DNA from: Pseudomonadota bacterium
GTDB taxonomy: Bacteria > Bdellovibrionota > Bdellovibrionia > Bdellovibrionales > Bdellovibrionaceae
DNA length: 64,000 nucleotides
Direction of reading: 5' to 3'
Assembly (NCBI GenBank): GCA_041178425.1
Contig: JBEGVH010000031.1
Location: forward strand, 1-64,000
Below the pieces are notes generated by a model. That model was not told the origin of the DNA and did not search any database. It saw nothing but the letters and a program-made list of their open reading frames with translations. Shown one piece after another: positions 49,795-59,772 of this stretch. How positions within the stretch are numbered: position 1 is the stretch's first letter; each line of letters opens with the position of its first letter. The position numbers and the translations under genes are program-made.

Positions 49795-50051
49795 TATTTC
49801 TTCACCTTGCTGGGCTTTTTATTGTTTTCCTTGGTAGGGGTATTCGGGACTGGCTGTGGTCGCGGAGTTGGTGTTAATGTTTCTTTCGGTGATTGGCCAG
49901 ACCCAATGGCCTCGATCGACTGGCTCTCTCTTATTCCTTTGCCAATAGCGGGTGGGTATTCAGGTACGGTGGGTCGACCTTTTACTCCACATCCGGCAAT
50001 AAAAAAGGCAAGAGTCCCTACTGAAAAACCAAAATACAATAGCGATTTCAT
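49794..50051 (-). CDS. Small lipoprotein, LptM/YifL (LppL)-like
   Basis: IAGCGVKGRPTVP resembles CGxKGPLxxP; immediately upstream of dapF, as in enterobacteria. Confidence 0.7.
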   Translation of the reverse strand: MKSLLYFGFSVGTLAFFIAGCGVKGRPTVPEYPPAIGKGIRESQSIEAIGSGQSPKETLTPTPRPQPVPNTPTKENNKKPSKVKK

Positions 50052-50054
50052 CGC

Positions 50055-50903
50055 CTAGTTACTCCTTTCGCTCCTCGAGCGAAATTCATCGATTTCTTTA
50101 ACATGATCACAGACCCATGGGTCCATCCAGTGATAAGCTTTATCAAATGAGGGCAGCTTATGGCAGAGATTTTTATACTTCTCCGAGAGCAATCTCTTTT
50201 GGAGCAGATCTTTCTCCAGAGCCCAAGCAACATATAATAATTCTGGGTTCTCATCGTCGAGCTTTTGGGTATTTGAGTCTTTATTTAATTCGAAAGCTGA
50301 AACCCGAAAGCGGTTAACGATCAAAAAGCTCGGGGAGACAGATGATAGTTCAACTTTATTCAGATTTTCCAGCGATTGAGTGCGGTTATTCTGACATATA
50401 AAAATCAGTGTCTGGAGATTTTCTATGTCAGGATCAAAGGGATTAATTTTTAAAAGATCTGAAAGATACTTTTGTGACTGTTGGCACTCTTTTATGGCCA
50501 ATAGAGCAAATGAAAGACTCTTGAGAATCGAGCCGTTCATGGGCTCAATTTTTAACGCTTCTTTTAAGTTTTCGGCAGCCTGGGCTCTATTCAGGTTGTA
50601 ATCTGCGATGGCCACCTCATAGGACTGCTGGGCTTTTTCAGAAAAAAAGAGCTCAGCCGTTTTTTTTAGAGCCCTTTTTAATTCAGGAAATGCGACAGAC
50701 TTCAATCCCTCTTTGGCAATAGTACCGATGAGTATCTGTGAGGCTTGATTTCGATCGCGTTGCAAAAGCAGAACTTGAGATTTTAAAATTTGATCTTGGA
50801 AAGTTTCGAGATTTTCAGGGATTTTTTTGGTCCATCCCAACGACGAAGATAAAAAAAGAAAAAGGGCCACCAAAATGGCAGCCCTTTCGTAAAAACCGAT
50901 CAT
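50055..50903 (-). CDS. Exported TPR-like hypothetical protein
   Basis: Signal peptide; helical repeats ending ALKIEP / LLKINP. Confidence 0.7.
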   Translation of the reverse strand: MIGFYERAAILVALFLFLSSSLGWTKKIPENLETFQDQILKSQVLLLQRDRNQASQILIGTIAKEGLKSVAFPELKRALKKTAELFFSEKAQQSYEVAIADYNLNRAQAAENLKEALKIEPMNGSILKSLSFALLAIKECQQSQKYLSDLLKINPFDPDIENLQTLIFICQNNRTQSLENLNKVELSSVSPSFLIVNRFRVSAFELNKDSNTQKLDDENPELLYVAWALEKDLLQKRLLSEKYKNLCHKLPSFDKAYHWMDPWVCDHVKEIDEFRSRSERSN

Positions 50904-51481
50904 TACTTTTTCTCGAAAGAAACAAGCTCGGTAACAACTTCACCCATTTGGCTTTGACCAAGAGATTTAATCATACCTGAGATTGGGATCAACTTTGGAT
51001 TAGCCCACTGCTCAGTGTCTTTGTTCTCTTTTTTATCATGAATTTTGAAGTAAACAGCGTCAAAAGTTCCAGCAGGCACTGTTACTTTGCTTTCTTTTAC
51101 TTCAACAACTTCCATTTCGCCTTGCTCTGGTGGAGCTTGCTCTTTTCCATCAACAACTACTTTTTTGATAGCGCCAGTATTTGGATCAATCAAAACAGAC
51201 ATTTGTTGTTTTCCAAGAAAGCCAAGATCTACATTTTGATCTAACCAGTAACCTTCAGCGTTCTTTTCACGAACGATGACATCAAGTTTTCCCTTGATAA
51301 ATGAGGCCATTGACAAGTCATAGTGACAAGCATCGCCGATCGCCCAGTTGATCCCCGCTGTTTGAGCTTGGAAAACCGCTGTTTGCTCTACTGATTGAAG
51401 CAAGGCTTGGGTTGGAATTTCATTTGCAGAAGCAAAAGAAGCTGCGAACAATCCCAGCACAACAAGAATATTCTTTAACAT
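50903..51481 (-). CDS. Exported hypothetical protein
   Basis: Signal peptide ASA|, KVTVPAGTFDA motif, strong AGGAGG SD. Confidence 0.8.
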   Translation of the reverse strand: MLKNILVVLGLFAASFASANEIPTQALLQSVEQTAVFQAQTAGINWAIGDACHYDLSMASFIKGKLDVIVREKNAEGYWLDQNVDLGFLGKQQMSVLIDPNTGAIKKVVVDGKEQAPPEQGEMEVVEVKESKVTVPAGTFDAVYFKIHDKKENKDTEQWANPKLIPISGMIKSLGQSQMGEVVTELVSFEKK

Positions 51482-51629
51482 AATCCCTCCTAATGAATTT
51501 GGATCAGAGAATCTCTAACCCTCTTAAGTGGACTAAGTGAAGACAACCCTTGATGAGGAGTCAAGAGAAACTATTTATAAATTTTCTTTACGATGAAAGC
51601 GCAGGCGTCAAATTGAGCGCTTCGCGCTA

Positions 51630-53981
51630 TTACTGCGGACCGTAGCCCTTAACTAGCACTTGTCGTGGCTTACTCCCATTTGCACCGCCGATAACACCCT
51701 CTCGCTCCATGATCTCTATAAGTCGAGCCGCTCGAGGATAACCCAATCGATACTTCCTTTGAAGAAGCGAGGCACTGATCTCTTTGACGGAAGAGGCAAA
51801 AGCAACTACCTCATCATACATCTCATCGTATTCATTGTCTCCGCCAGAGGAATCGTCAGAAAATCTATTTTCTCTGTCACCATTATCTTCTAATAGGCTC
51901 ATCAGATGGGCGTCATACTGTGGCTCTGATTGTTCACTCCAGAATTGAGCCACTTTATTAATTTCAGCATCAGATAACCATGGCCCATGATGCCGGACGG
52001 GCTTATCCGTTCCAGGGGCTCGAAATAACATATCCCCCCTCGCCAACAATCTCTCAGCGCCTGATTCATCGAGAATAATTCGCGAATCCATTTTACTTGC
52101 AACCTTAAAACTAATTCGGCCAGGGATATTCGTTTTAATTAATCCAGTAACGATTTCTTTTCGCGGACTTTGCATACAAAGCGTTAGATGAATACCGCAG
52201 GCCCTTGCCAATTGGGCGAGTCGAACTACACTCTGTTCGACATTATCCGAGTCAATTTGCATTAGATCGCCAAATTCTTCGACGACAATAACTAGGTATG
52301 GAAGCTCTTCAAAATAATACTTTTGATTTTTCTTATTTTTATCCTCTAATTCATCATTTGTTTTTTTATGAGCTTCTTTGTCTTCTGAGGACAGAGCCTT
52401 CACTGTTTCATTGTAGGCCTCAAGCCCACGGGCACCAAATTTGGACATTGAGCGATAGCGCTTGTCCATTTCTTTAACGGCCCAGCGGAGAGCTGCAACT
52501 GCCTTTGGCGTTTCAACAATGGGCGGCAATAACAAGTGAGGAATTTGGCTGAAGGCTGCCAGATCCACCTGCTTTGGATCAATTAAAATCATTCGCAGTG
52601 TTTTTGGTGAATGCCTGAAGAGCAAACCCGTAATCGTAGAAACAGTGAAGACCGACTTTCCTGACCCCGTTGACCCAGCAACAAGCAAGTGAGGCATCTT
52701 TCTTAAGTCGACAATTTGCGGATCTCCATTTGTTTGTCGCCCTAGTGCGATAGGGAGCTTCATGTCGTCTTTCCAAAAATCCTCCTCTGCCAGGAGGTCT
52801 TTTAGATAAACGGTTTCTCTTGTCGTATTAGAGCTTTCAATGCCAACAACATCTCGCCCAGGGATGGGCGCGATGATTCTTAGCGATTCACTTGAGAGAG
52901 CAATCGCTAAATCGTTTTCCATACTTGTTATGTTACTGAGCTTTACTTCAGCGTTGGGCTTGAATTCAAACATCGTCACGGCGGGGCCCGACTTTACGGC
53001 CACCACGTTCCCAGTCACATTAAAGAGTTTGAGCTTCTCTGTTAATTGCTCGGCTTTTCGCTTGAGTTCCTCTTTATCCACTTTTGCACGAGTTGCAGGA
53101 GGATCTTCGAGCAAATTGAGTTTGGGCATATTCCAGTTTTCAATCCTCGCAGGTACATGGGATTTAAGAATCACTTTTCGCTTTGGCGCCGTCTTCAAAG
53201 CTGGAGCCACCTGGGTCGATGCCTCGGCGTCCTCCTCTTCGTCATTGCTCTGCACTGAAAATTCAGCAGCCACCGATTTTTCAGATTTTTTCGCAGGAAC
53301 AACCTCTTTAATCCGCTTTGTGACTACGTTTTTCAGCTTCTCTTGGAGAGTCTCAGACTCTGAGTCTTTTTCTAATTTATATTCTATGGCTTTAAAGGGA
53401 TCATCTGTATCCTTGGTCGATTTTTTATCCAAACGCGCTTCTTTTGGAAAAAAACCTAAGACGAACTCATAGAGCTCTCTGAGATTTTTTTGAGTAAGAA
53501 CGACCGCCAACACAGCGACCCCAACCCATAGAAGAATCTTTGACCCTATCGGGTTAAGGATTCTCTCGAGACCGCGCCCGATGAGATCTCCAATTAAGCC
53601 GCCTACTTGAATATTATTATTGTAGAAGAGTGCATCGCTAAAATGAAGCTGCATCAAACTGGTTGCAATCAGAACTAAGGCTAAAAACGGTAGAAACTGA
53701 ATGTGTTTTGCCGTTGGTAGGCGGCCGCGAACACCATCAACTCCATAAAAACCAAAATATGGAACCCAGAGCCAACTTCCAAGCCCAAAGAGGTGAAACA
53801 CGGAATCCGACCAAAAGCTCCCCACAAGGCCACATAAGTTTTGTGCCCTCATAAACGTCAAATGATTGAAAGAGGGATCCGTTGGGTTGTAGCTATAGAG
53901 TGACAACAGTGTCACAGTAGACATAAGTAAAAAACCGATCCCAACAAGGTCTGAGTAAAATTTTCCAATCCATTTTTTCAT
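51630..53981 (-). CDS. ftsK: DNA translocase FtsK
   Basis: N-terminal TM region, PHLLVAGSTGSGKS, IDPK, SRIILD..GAE.LL..GDML, gamma domain SASLLQR...GY.RAAR. Confidence 0.97.
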   Translation of the reverse strand: MKKWIGKFYSDLVGIGFLLMSTVTLLSLYSYNPTDPSFNHLTFMRAQNLCGLVGSFWSDSVFHLFGLGSWLWVPYFGFYGVDGVRGRLPTAKHIQFLPFLALVLIATSLMQLHFSDALFYNNNIQVGGLIGDLIGRGLERILNPIGSKILLWVGVAVLAVVLTQKNLRELYEFVLGFFPKEARLDKKSTKDTDDPFKAIEYKLEKDSESETLQEKLKNVVTKRIKEVVPAKKSEKSVAAEFSVQSNDEEEDAEASTQVAPALKTAPKRKVILKSHVPARIENWNMPKLNLLEDPPATRAKVDKEELKRKAEQLTEKLKLFNVTGNVVAVKSGPAVTMFEFKPNAEVKLSNITSMENDLAIALSSESLRIIAPIPGRDVVGIESSNTTRETVYLKDLLAEEDFWKDDMKLPIALGRQTNGDPQIVDLRKMPHLLVAGSTGSGKSVFTVSTITGLLFRHSPKTLRMILIDPKQVDLAAFSQIPHLLLPPIVETPKAVAALRWAVKEMDKRYRSMSKFGARGLEAYNETVKALSSEDKEAHKKTNDELEDKNKKNQKYYFEELPYLVIVVEEFGDLMQIDSDNVEQSVVRLAQLARACGIHLTLCMQSPRKEIVTGLIKTNIPGRISFKVASKMDSRIILDESGAERLLARGDMLFRAPGTDKPVRHHGPWLSDAEINKVAQFWSEQSEPQYDAHLMSLLEDNGDRENRFSDDSSGGDNEYDEMYDEVVAFASSVKEISASLLQRKYRLGYPRAARLIEIMEREGVIGGANGSKPRQVLVKGYGPQ

Positions 53982-54109
53982 ACCCTTAATTTCTCTTATC
54001 GGAAGCGCAAACAAAAGCAATTCTCTTACAAAAGCCTAGAAGTAAGACCTTTGACGGGGATTTTCGCTTTTCAATCTTCTAGTATTCGTAGTAAGTCTCG
54101 ACTCGACTT

Positions 54110-54748
54110 ATGATTAAGATAAACGAAATTTTTTATAGTATTCAGGGTGAGTCGAGCTATGTGGGCTACCCAACCGTTTTTGTGCGAACAACCGGTTGCA
54201 ATTTGAGGTGCACTTATTGTGATACCAAATACTCCTATCACGAAGGCGAAAATTACTCGAGAGAGACAATTCTAGAAAAGATTGCCTCCTTTGGTGCTCA
54301 ATATGTCTGTATCACTGGTGGAGAGCCCCTGCTACAACCAGATGTCTATCCGCTTTTGGAGGAGCTCTGTAATCTTGGCTATAAGGTTTCGCTCGAAACC
54401 AGTGGGTCCAAGTCCTGCTCACTGGTCGATAGAAGAGTAAAAATTATTCTTGATGTTAAGACTCCTGACAGCGGTGCTCGTGATTCGTTTTGCAGTGCTA
54501 ATCTTGAGGCTATCAGCACAACAACAGAATTAAAGTTTGTAATTTGTAGCGAAGCTGATTTTTTTTGGTCTGAAGACTTTTGTAAAAAACATTCACTTTT
54601 TGAAAAGTGCAGTGTCCTTTATAGTCCCTCCTTCCAGGAAATAGACCCAAAATGGCTGGCTGAGAAAATTTTAGCTACCCAGTCGAGGGCAAGGTTGCAA
54701 TTGCAATTACATAAGTATATTTGGACTCCCGAAACTCGTGGAGTTTAG
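54110..54748 (+). CDS. queE: 7-carboxy-7-deazaguanine synthase (radical SAM)
   Basis: EIFYSIQGE, GCNLRCTYCDT, TGGEP, QLHK. Confidence 0.88.
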   Translation: MIKINEIFYSIQGESSYVGYPTVFVRTTGCNLRCTYCDTKYSYHEGENYSRETILEKIASFGAQYVCITGGEPLLQPDVYPLLEELCNLGYKVSLETSGSKSCSLVDRRVKIILDVKTPDSGARDSFCSANLEAISTTTELKFVICSEADFFWSEDFCKKHSLFEKCSVLYSPSFQEIDPKWLAEKILATQSRARLQLQLHKYIWTPETRGV

Positions 54749-54849
54749 AATTTCATTTCTTTTACTGCCTTAAATGTTGCCAAAGGGGCATTTAGATCGT
54801 AAGAGGGATGTCCTAATTTTTAACCATATTAAACGAAAGAAGGGACGCC

Positions 54850-55218
54850 ATGTCAGTCAATTTGACGCCCAATGTGAACCCATCATCGCCAACCGTTCAG
54901 CCTGTAGTTCACACTGCTGCAACTGGGCCAGACAATCTTTTTGTTGCTAACTTGTCTTCTATCAGCCTTGAGGAGCTTGTTAAACGCCGCCTCGAAGTAC
55001 ATTTTCAACAACAATCGGCTGTCGATGTTGATGCGGGTGGCTTGAAGCTTTATGACGTGGTTCTTCAACAGGTTGAAAAGCCCTTACTTGAGCTTGCGCT
55101 CAGAGCGACAAACGGCAACCAAGTAAAAACAGCCCAAATGTTAGGTATCAACAGAAATACTCTTAAAAAGAAAATCGATTCATACAAGATTCGCGTTAAA
55201 AGACTCGGAACGATGTAA
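54850..55218 (+). CDS. fis: Fis-like DNA-binding protein
   Basis: LYDVVL.QVEKPLL..AL..TNGNQ...A..LGINRNTL.KK. Confidence 0.85.
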   Translation: MSVNLTPNVNPSSPTVQPVVHTAATGPDNLFVANLSSISLEELVKRRLEVHFQQQSAVDVDAGGLKLYDVVLQQVEKPLLELALRATNGNQVKTAQMLGINRNTLKKKIDSYKIRVKRLGTM

Positions 55219-55468
55219 TTTTTCTAAAAATTTGGGCCTTCGATTCGAAGCGAATGTATTGAATTCGAATTTTGAGGGCCTTTATTTTTCCCCGTTACTA
55301 TCCCCAATCGCTCTTCATTTTATTCAACATCAAACGTCATTAACGGGCTTCAAAGCGGCTTCCGGTGAGTCTTTTGCTTTAAAAACAAATCTATTGGATT
55401 TGAGAGCAAGGCTTTATTTTTCATTTTGTTCGATTGATGAGTGCCCCTCAATAAGGTAAAAAAGGTCT

Positions 55469-56881
55469 ATGTCATTTGATCCTAAATTGCCTCCCCAAAA
55501 TATTGAAGCTGAGCAATCTATTCTCGGAGGTCTACTTCTCGACAAAGAAGCCTGGGATCAAGTTTCTGATATAATTACAGCAGAAGATTTTTATCGACCC
55601 TCTCATCAAAAATTGTTTGAAGCTATTGCGCACTTACACCGTAGCAGTAAAGAAGTCGATATCATCACTGTTCCAGATTATTTAAAATCTAAAGGTGAAT
55701 TTGACCAAGTTGGTCCGGATTACATTATTCAACTCGTACAGAATACAATAACCACAGCCAATATTGCTACCTATGCAAACATTGTAAGAGAGCGGTCTTT
55801 ACTTAGACGATTGATACAAACTTGCACCGGCATAATTCAAAAATCCTATAGTCAGGATTTTGAAAATGTGGAAACCTTTGTGGATTCTGTTGAAAGCGAA
55901 ATTTATAAAATCAGTGAGAGCCGGGAGTCTTCGGGTCTAACTGAAGCCGCCGACATCGTTTTCAAGAGCATGGAAAAAATCGAACAGCTCTATCATCAAC
56001 AAGCCGACCTCACTGGCATATCAACGGGATTTAATCGACTCGATCAAATGACCTCGGGATTACATCCTGGGGAATTGACGATTATTGCTGCTCGTCCGTC
56101 CATGGGTAAAACGGCCTTTAGTTTGAATATTGCTCAACATGCGGCACTTCGACAAAAAAAATCTGTTGCTTACTTCTCTGTGGAAATGAGTAAAGAATCA
56201 GTCATGATGAGGGTTCTTGCCTCTGAGGCTAAAATTAACCTTGGCGACATAAGAAACGGTCGTGTGCCCGATTCCGCCTGGCCCAAATTAGTCGCTGCTG
56301 CCTCCATGATTAGTGAGGCCCCATTGTTCATTGATGATACCTCGGGCGTGAGTCCTGCCGAAATTCGAGCACGTTGCCGGAGACTAAAAAAGCAAAATGG
56401 GCTTGATCTCATCATGATCGATTATTTGCAGATTATGGATTTAAAACAAAAAGTAGAATCCAGGGAACGTGCGGTTTCTGAAATATCGCGCTCCCTAAAA
56501 GCTATCGCAAAAGAGCTACAGGTTCCCGTTATAGCGCTCGCTCAGCTCAATCGTTCAGTCGAGGGTAGGGCAGAAAAAAAGCCAATGCTGTCAGATCTGC
56601 GTGAATCTGGGTCGATTGAACAAGACGCTGACGTTATTATGATGCTTTATCGAGAAGGTTACTACGATAGGGCCGATGAAGGAAAAGCAGATCATGCTGA
56701 AATCATCATTGGCAAACAGAGAAATGGTCCAACGGGTTCAGTCGATCTCAAGTGGGAACCTAAATTCGGACGTTTTGCAGATGCTGACGAGATGCCTCAG
56801 GCGCCTCCGCCACCCCCTCCGATTCCACTTCAACCGGGTGGCCGACCCAAGAATTTTGCCCCTGGCGCAGGAGCACAATAG
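55469..56881 (+). CDS. dnaB: Replicative DNA helicase
   Basis: PPQNIEAEQ, ARPSMGKT, IDYLQ, QLNR, DLRESGSIEQDAD, KQRNGP. Confidence 0.99.
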   Translation: MSFDPKLPPQNIEAEQSILGGLLLDKEAWDQVSDIITAEDFYRPSHQKLFEAIAHLHRSSKEVDIITVPDYLKSKGEFDQVGPDYIIQLVQNTITTANIATYANIVRERSLLRRLIQTCTGIIQKSYSQDFENVETFVDSVESEIYKISESRESSGLTEAADIVFKSMEKIEQLYHQQADLTGISTGFNRLDQMTSGLHPGELTIIAARPSMGKTAFSLNIAQHAALRQKKSVAYFSVEMSKESVMMRVLASEAKINLGDIRNGRVPDSAWPKLVAAASMISEAPLFIDDTSGVSPAEIRARCRRLKKQNGLDLIMIDYLQIMDLKQKVESRERAVSEISRSLKAIAKELQVPVIALAQLNRSVEGRAEKKPMLSDLRESGSIEQDADVIMMLYREGYYDRADEGKADHAEIIIGKQRNGPTGSVDLKWEPKFGRFADADEMPQAPPPPPPIPLQPGGRPKNFAPGAGAQ

Positions 56882-56915
56882 ATTCCGCCCATCGATGCTC
56901 TTACCACCAAGACAT

Positions 56916-56945
56916 AAAAAAAGCCGAACCCTAATGAGTTCGGCT
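56916..56945 (-). terminator. Terminator after rplI (convergent with dnaB)
   Basis: Minus strand AGCCGAAC-N8-GTTCGGCT followed by TTTTTT. Confidence 0.8.
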
Positions 56946-56974
56946 CTTAATTTAAAGCTGTTTATTTAAATAGC

Positions 56975-57418
56975 TTAGGCTCTTTCAACCGTTACTTGGA
57001 TTTCTCCATGTAGACCTTCACCCAACTTGATAGTTGCTTTGTGTTGACCCAAAACTTTAATTGGCTCTTCAAGGTGAATATCGCGACGATCAACTGAGTA
57101 ACCAGCCTTATCAAGCTCACGAGAAATATCAGTCGTAGTGATCGTACCGAAAAGCTTATCAGTATCACCGGCTGCAGCCTTAAATGAAACAGACACGCCC
57201 TTCATTTTAGCTAAAAGCGCCTCGCGTTCTGCGTGTGCTTTTTTCTTATGAATTTCAGCAACTCTCTTTAAGTGTTCCCACTCGTTTACACGTTTTTCGG
57301 TCGCCTCTTGAGCTAATTTACGTGGAAACAAAAAGTTTCTAGCATATCCATCGGCAACGTTTACTAACTCTCCAACTTTGCCCAAATTTTTAACGTCTTT
57401 TTGTAAAATAACTTTCAT
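56975..57418 (-). CDS. rplI: 50S ribosomal protein L9
   Basis: [23 protein letters not shown]. Confidence 0.99.
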   Translation of the reverse strand: MKVILQKDVKNLGKVGELVNVADGYARNFLFPRKLAQEATEKRVNEWEHLKRVAEIHKKKAHAEREALLAKMKGVSVSFKAAAGDTDKLFGTITTTDISRELDKAGYSVDRRDIHLEEPIKVLGQHKATIKLGEGLHGEIQVTVERA

Positions 57419-57435
57419 AATGTTCTCCTTAAATC

Positions 57436-58314
57436 TTAATGATTCAACCGCAAGCGGAGGAATCTTCTTCTAAATTCGACCCAAAAATCAATGACTCCAA
57501 TAGCAGCCACCAGAAAGAATAGTTGCACCAAGAATACTGCGTACGTCAAAAATCGAACAAAAAATCCGACTCTGAGGGCAGCAAAAAAGGCTTCAACTAC
57601 TGCTAGGCCCTGAAAGAAATAAAGAACAACCATGACATTTACGACGTTTGTTGCAGCCATCGATACGGATTTGTTTCCAATATCAATAAAACTAAACAAA
57701 AATGAAACCATGGCTATCCAAATATAACTATCTGGAAGTTTAAAATCTAAAAGGTGAAGCTTATCTTCGCTCTCTGTTGCAAAGCCAAAAAGTCTTGAAA
57801 TTGGTGTTTCTAAAATGAGGGCCAGAGCCAAACTCATAATTAGAAGGGCGGCAAGAACCGATGGCACCTGACCCAGAAGATATTCTGGCTCTATCTTTAC
57901 CATCGAATTGACCTGCTGTGCCTGTTTCAAAACAATTTGCACCTGCTCTTGAAGTCGCAAAGCTAAGGTTGTTCCCTTAGAAATCAACCATTGCTGTGTG
58001 GCTGACACAGTTACAGCCGCGCTTACTGCTACCGCAGGAAATCCAGCTGCAAACATGTTACGATATCTTTTATAAATTTCCGAAAAGAGACCCATAAGCA
58101 GGGTGACGCTTAAAAGGCTAATGGCTACCGGTATAAGACCAAAGCCAACCAATATAAGCACACCCAATAAGTAAGAAGTCCAAAAGGCACCGCTAGAAAA
58201 ATTCTTGTGAGCCACCCGAATAACGGGAGCCACAAGTAAAAAGGGTAGTGCTGAACCAAGTACGCTCAGAATTACCATTAAACCTAGTTTTAAATACCTC
58301 TTAGAAACTCCCAC
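57436..58314 (-). CDS. DUF2232/YybS family membrane protein
   Basis: Multi-TM, F.LP, N......[16 protein letters not shown]; usual position before rplI. Confidence 0.85.
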   Translation of the reverse strand: MGVSKRYLKLGLMVILSVLGSALPFLLVAPVIRVAHKNFSSGAFWTSYLLGVLILVGFGLIPVAISLLSVTLLMGLFSEIYKRYRNMFAAGFPAVAVSAAVTVSATQQWLISKGTTLALRLQEQVQIVLKQAQQVNSMVKIEPEYLLGQVPSVLAALLIMSLALALILETPISRLFGFATESEDKLHLLDFKLPDSYIWIAMVSFLFSFIDIGNKSVSMAATNVVNVMVVLYFFQGLAVVEAFFAALRVGFFVRFLTYAVFLVQLFFLVAAIGVIDFWVEFRRRFLRLRLNH

Positions 58315-58318
58315 CTAA

Positions 58319-58765
58319 TTACTTCCTAGGAGCGCCTTCTGAAGCTGCAACAGCCATTGCGGCTCTCTTAGCTTGAATTTTTGCTTCTCTCTCTTTTTCT
58401 TTGTTAGCGCTCTCAACGATCGCTTTTTTGAAAGCTTCCATGTACTTAGCCAAAGAAGTTCTCTCATCTAAGCGCGTGTGCATATAGCGTAGAACTTTGT
58501 CATTGATTCGCATTGTACGCTCGAGTTCCGCAACAGCAACTGCCTTAGACTCGAAAGTAGAGTGGAAATAAACTGCTTTGCGCGTTTTTCCAATTTGGTT
58601 AGCCAATGTTCTCTTTCCCCAAGTATCTAGTGAGAAAATAGATCCACCCGCTTGTTCGATGATTCCTTTGTTCTTTCTGAAAAGCTCTTTTTGCTCTTCA
58701 AGAGTTGCATCTGGGTGCATAAGAACAATAACTTCGTAATGGCGCTTCAATTCTGTAGTGCTCAT
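58319..58765 (-). CDS. rpsF: 30S ribosomal protein S6
   Basis: YE...HPD, WGKR.LA..I.K, ELER..RIND.VLR. Confidence 0.97.
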   Translation of the reverse strand: MSTTELKRHYEVIVLMHPDATLEEQKELFRKNKGIIEQAGGSIFSLDTWGKRTLANQIGKTRKAVYFHSTFESKAVAVAELERTMRINDKVLRYMHTRLDERTSLAKYMEAFKKAIVESANKEKEREAKIQAKRAAMAVAASEGAPRK

Positions 58766-58769
58766 TTTT

Positions 58770-58815
58770 ATCCCTTCGGTTTAGCCAGCCCCCTAACCTA
58801 TTAAGGAGCAAGGAC
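58770..58815 (-). promoter_or_regulatory. S6:S18 autoregulatory mRNA leader
   Basis: UCCUU-[GCUCCUUAA UAGG UUAGGGGGC]-UGGCUAAA-CCG-AAGGGA: hairpin, unpaired CCG and a sequestered SD, as in known rpsF leaders. Confidence 0.75.
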
Positions 58816-58986
58816 GTTCTTGTTTTAAGAAGTGAAAGGTCTATCATGGCTCGCCCCTTAGAACAAGGGGGAAGATCAGGTGGGTGTTATGTACAAATAG
58901 CTAGGTTTGTCTGCTATTTACAGCCCTTTTAGCCAGATTTCTCATTGCCTTTTGAACCTAGAATAACTTGGGAATATGATGTAATT

Positions 58987-59772
58987 ATGTATACTTACCT
59001 AGAAATTACCTCAGGAACCCAGCAAGGACGAACCTATCTTCTTCGACCAAATTTGCGATTGGGCTCAGGGGAGTGTGAGCTCCAGATCGACGATCCTGAA
59101 CTGCCAGCTCATCATTCCCAGATTATGTACGACGGCAATGACCAAATGGTTCTTGTCTGTACTAATGCCGTCTATGAAATTTTTACTAATGGTCGCTCTT
59201 CAAAGAGGGTCGTTCTGGAAGACGGACAGCATTTGAGGGTGGGAGCAACTACGCTTCAGGTCATAGTCTCGAGTAAGCAACTTCTAGGCGCTCTTGATCC
59301 CCTGAAACCACAATCAGCCACAGACGTCGATCTCGAGCGAACTCTTCAACAAATAAAATCCACAAAATCAACAAGGACGGACTTAGTTGCGGAACTCAAT
59401 CAATTGGCGGCTAGAGCCCCTCGCCATACTAATGCCGCTAGTGTTCGCTTCTTTAAACATCCCGTTAGAATATCTGTCGAACAAGGCCCGCAGGCAGAAG
59501 ATGAATTTGTTTTTACTTGGGGCCCTCGTGATTTTGGGCCATTGGCCCTTGAGTTTCCAATTGAGTTTCCACCCTTTCCAGGCATCTTATTTACGATCAG
59601 TCCGAGTGAAACAGGAGAAATGGTTTTCTCAACAAAACACCCAGATTTTTCTAGAGTTAGTGGCCAGAGGGAAACAACTTGTGTTATGGCTGACGGCGAT
59701 AGAATCGAAATTGGAAATTCAGTACTTTTGATTGAGTATCTTAAGGACATCAGCAGCCATGACGAAGATTGA
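58987..59772 (+). CDS. Protein with two FHA-like domains (degenerate)
   Basis: LEITSG..QG..Y.L, I.NG......LEDG..L.VG.T and a second ISVEQGP....DGDRIEIGNS.L. Confidence 0.65.
   Translation: MYTYLEITSGTQQGRTYLLRPNLRLGSGECELQIDDPELPAHHSQIMYDGNDQMVLVCTNAVYEIFTNGRSSKRVVLEDGQHLRVGATTLQVIVSSKQLLGALDPLKPQSATDVDLERTLQQIKSTKSTRTDLVAELNQLAARAPRHTNAASVRFFKHPVRISVEQGPQAEDEFVFTWGPRDFGPLALEFPIEFPPFPGILFTISPSETGEMVFSTKHPDFSRVSGQRETTCVMADGDRIEIGNSVLLIEYLKDISSHDED

Noticed and set aside
52840..53472. 210-aa plus-strand ORF
   Set aside because: Entirely antisense to ftsK with no independent motifs; the same applies to 14368..14955 within sucC
55280..55335. Possible DnaA boxes (CTATCCCCA, TTATTCAAC) upstream of dnaB
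   Set aside because: Two or more mismatches each to TTATCCACA; no cluster or unwinding element supporting oriC
55232..55459. 75-aa ORF between fis and dnaB
   Set aside because: TTG start without SD and no recognisable motif; more likely the dnaB promoter region
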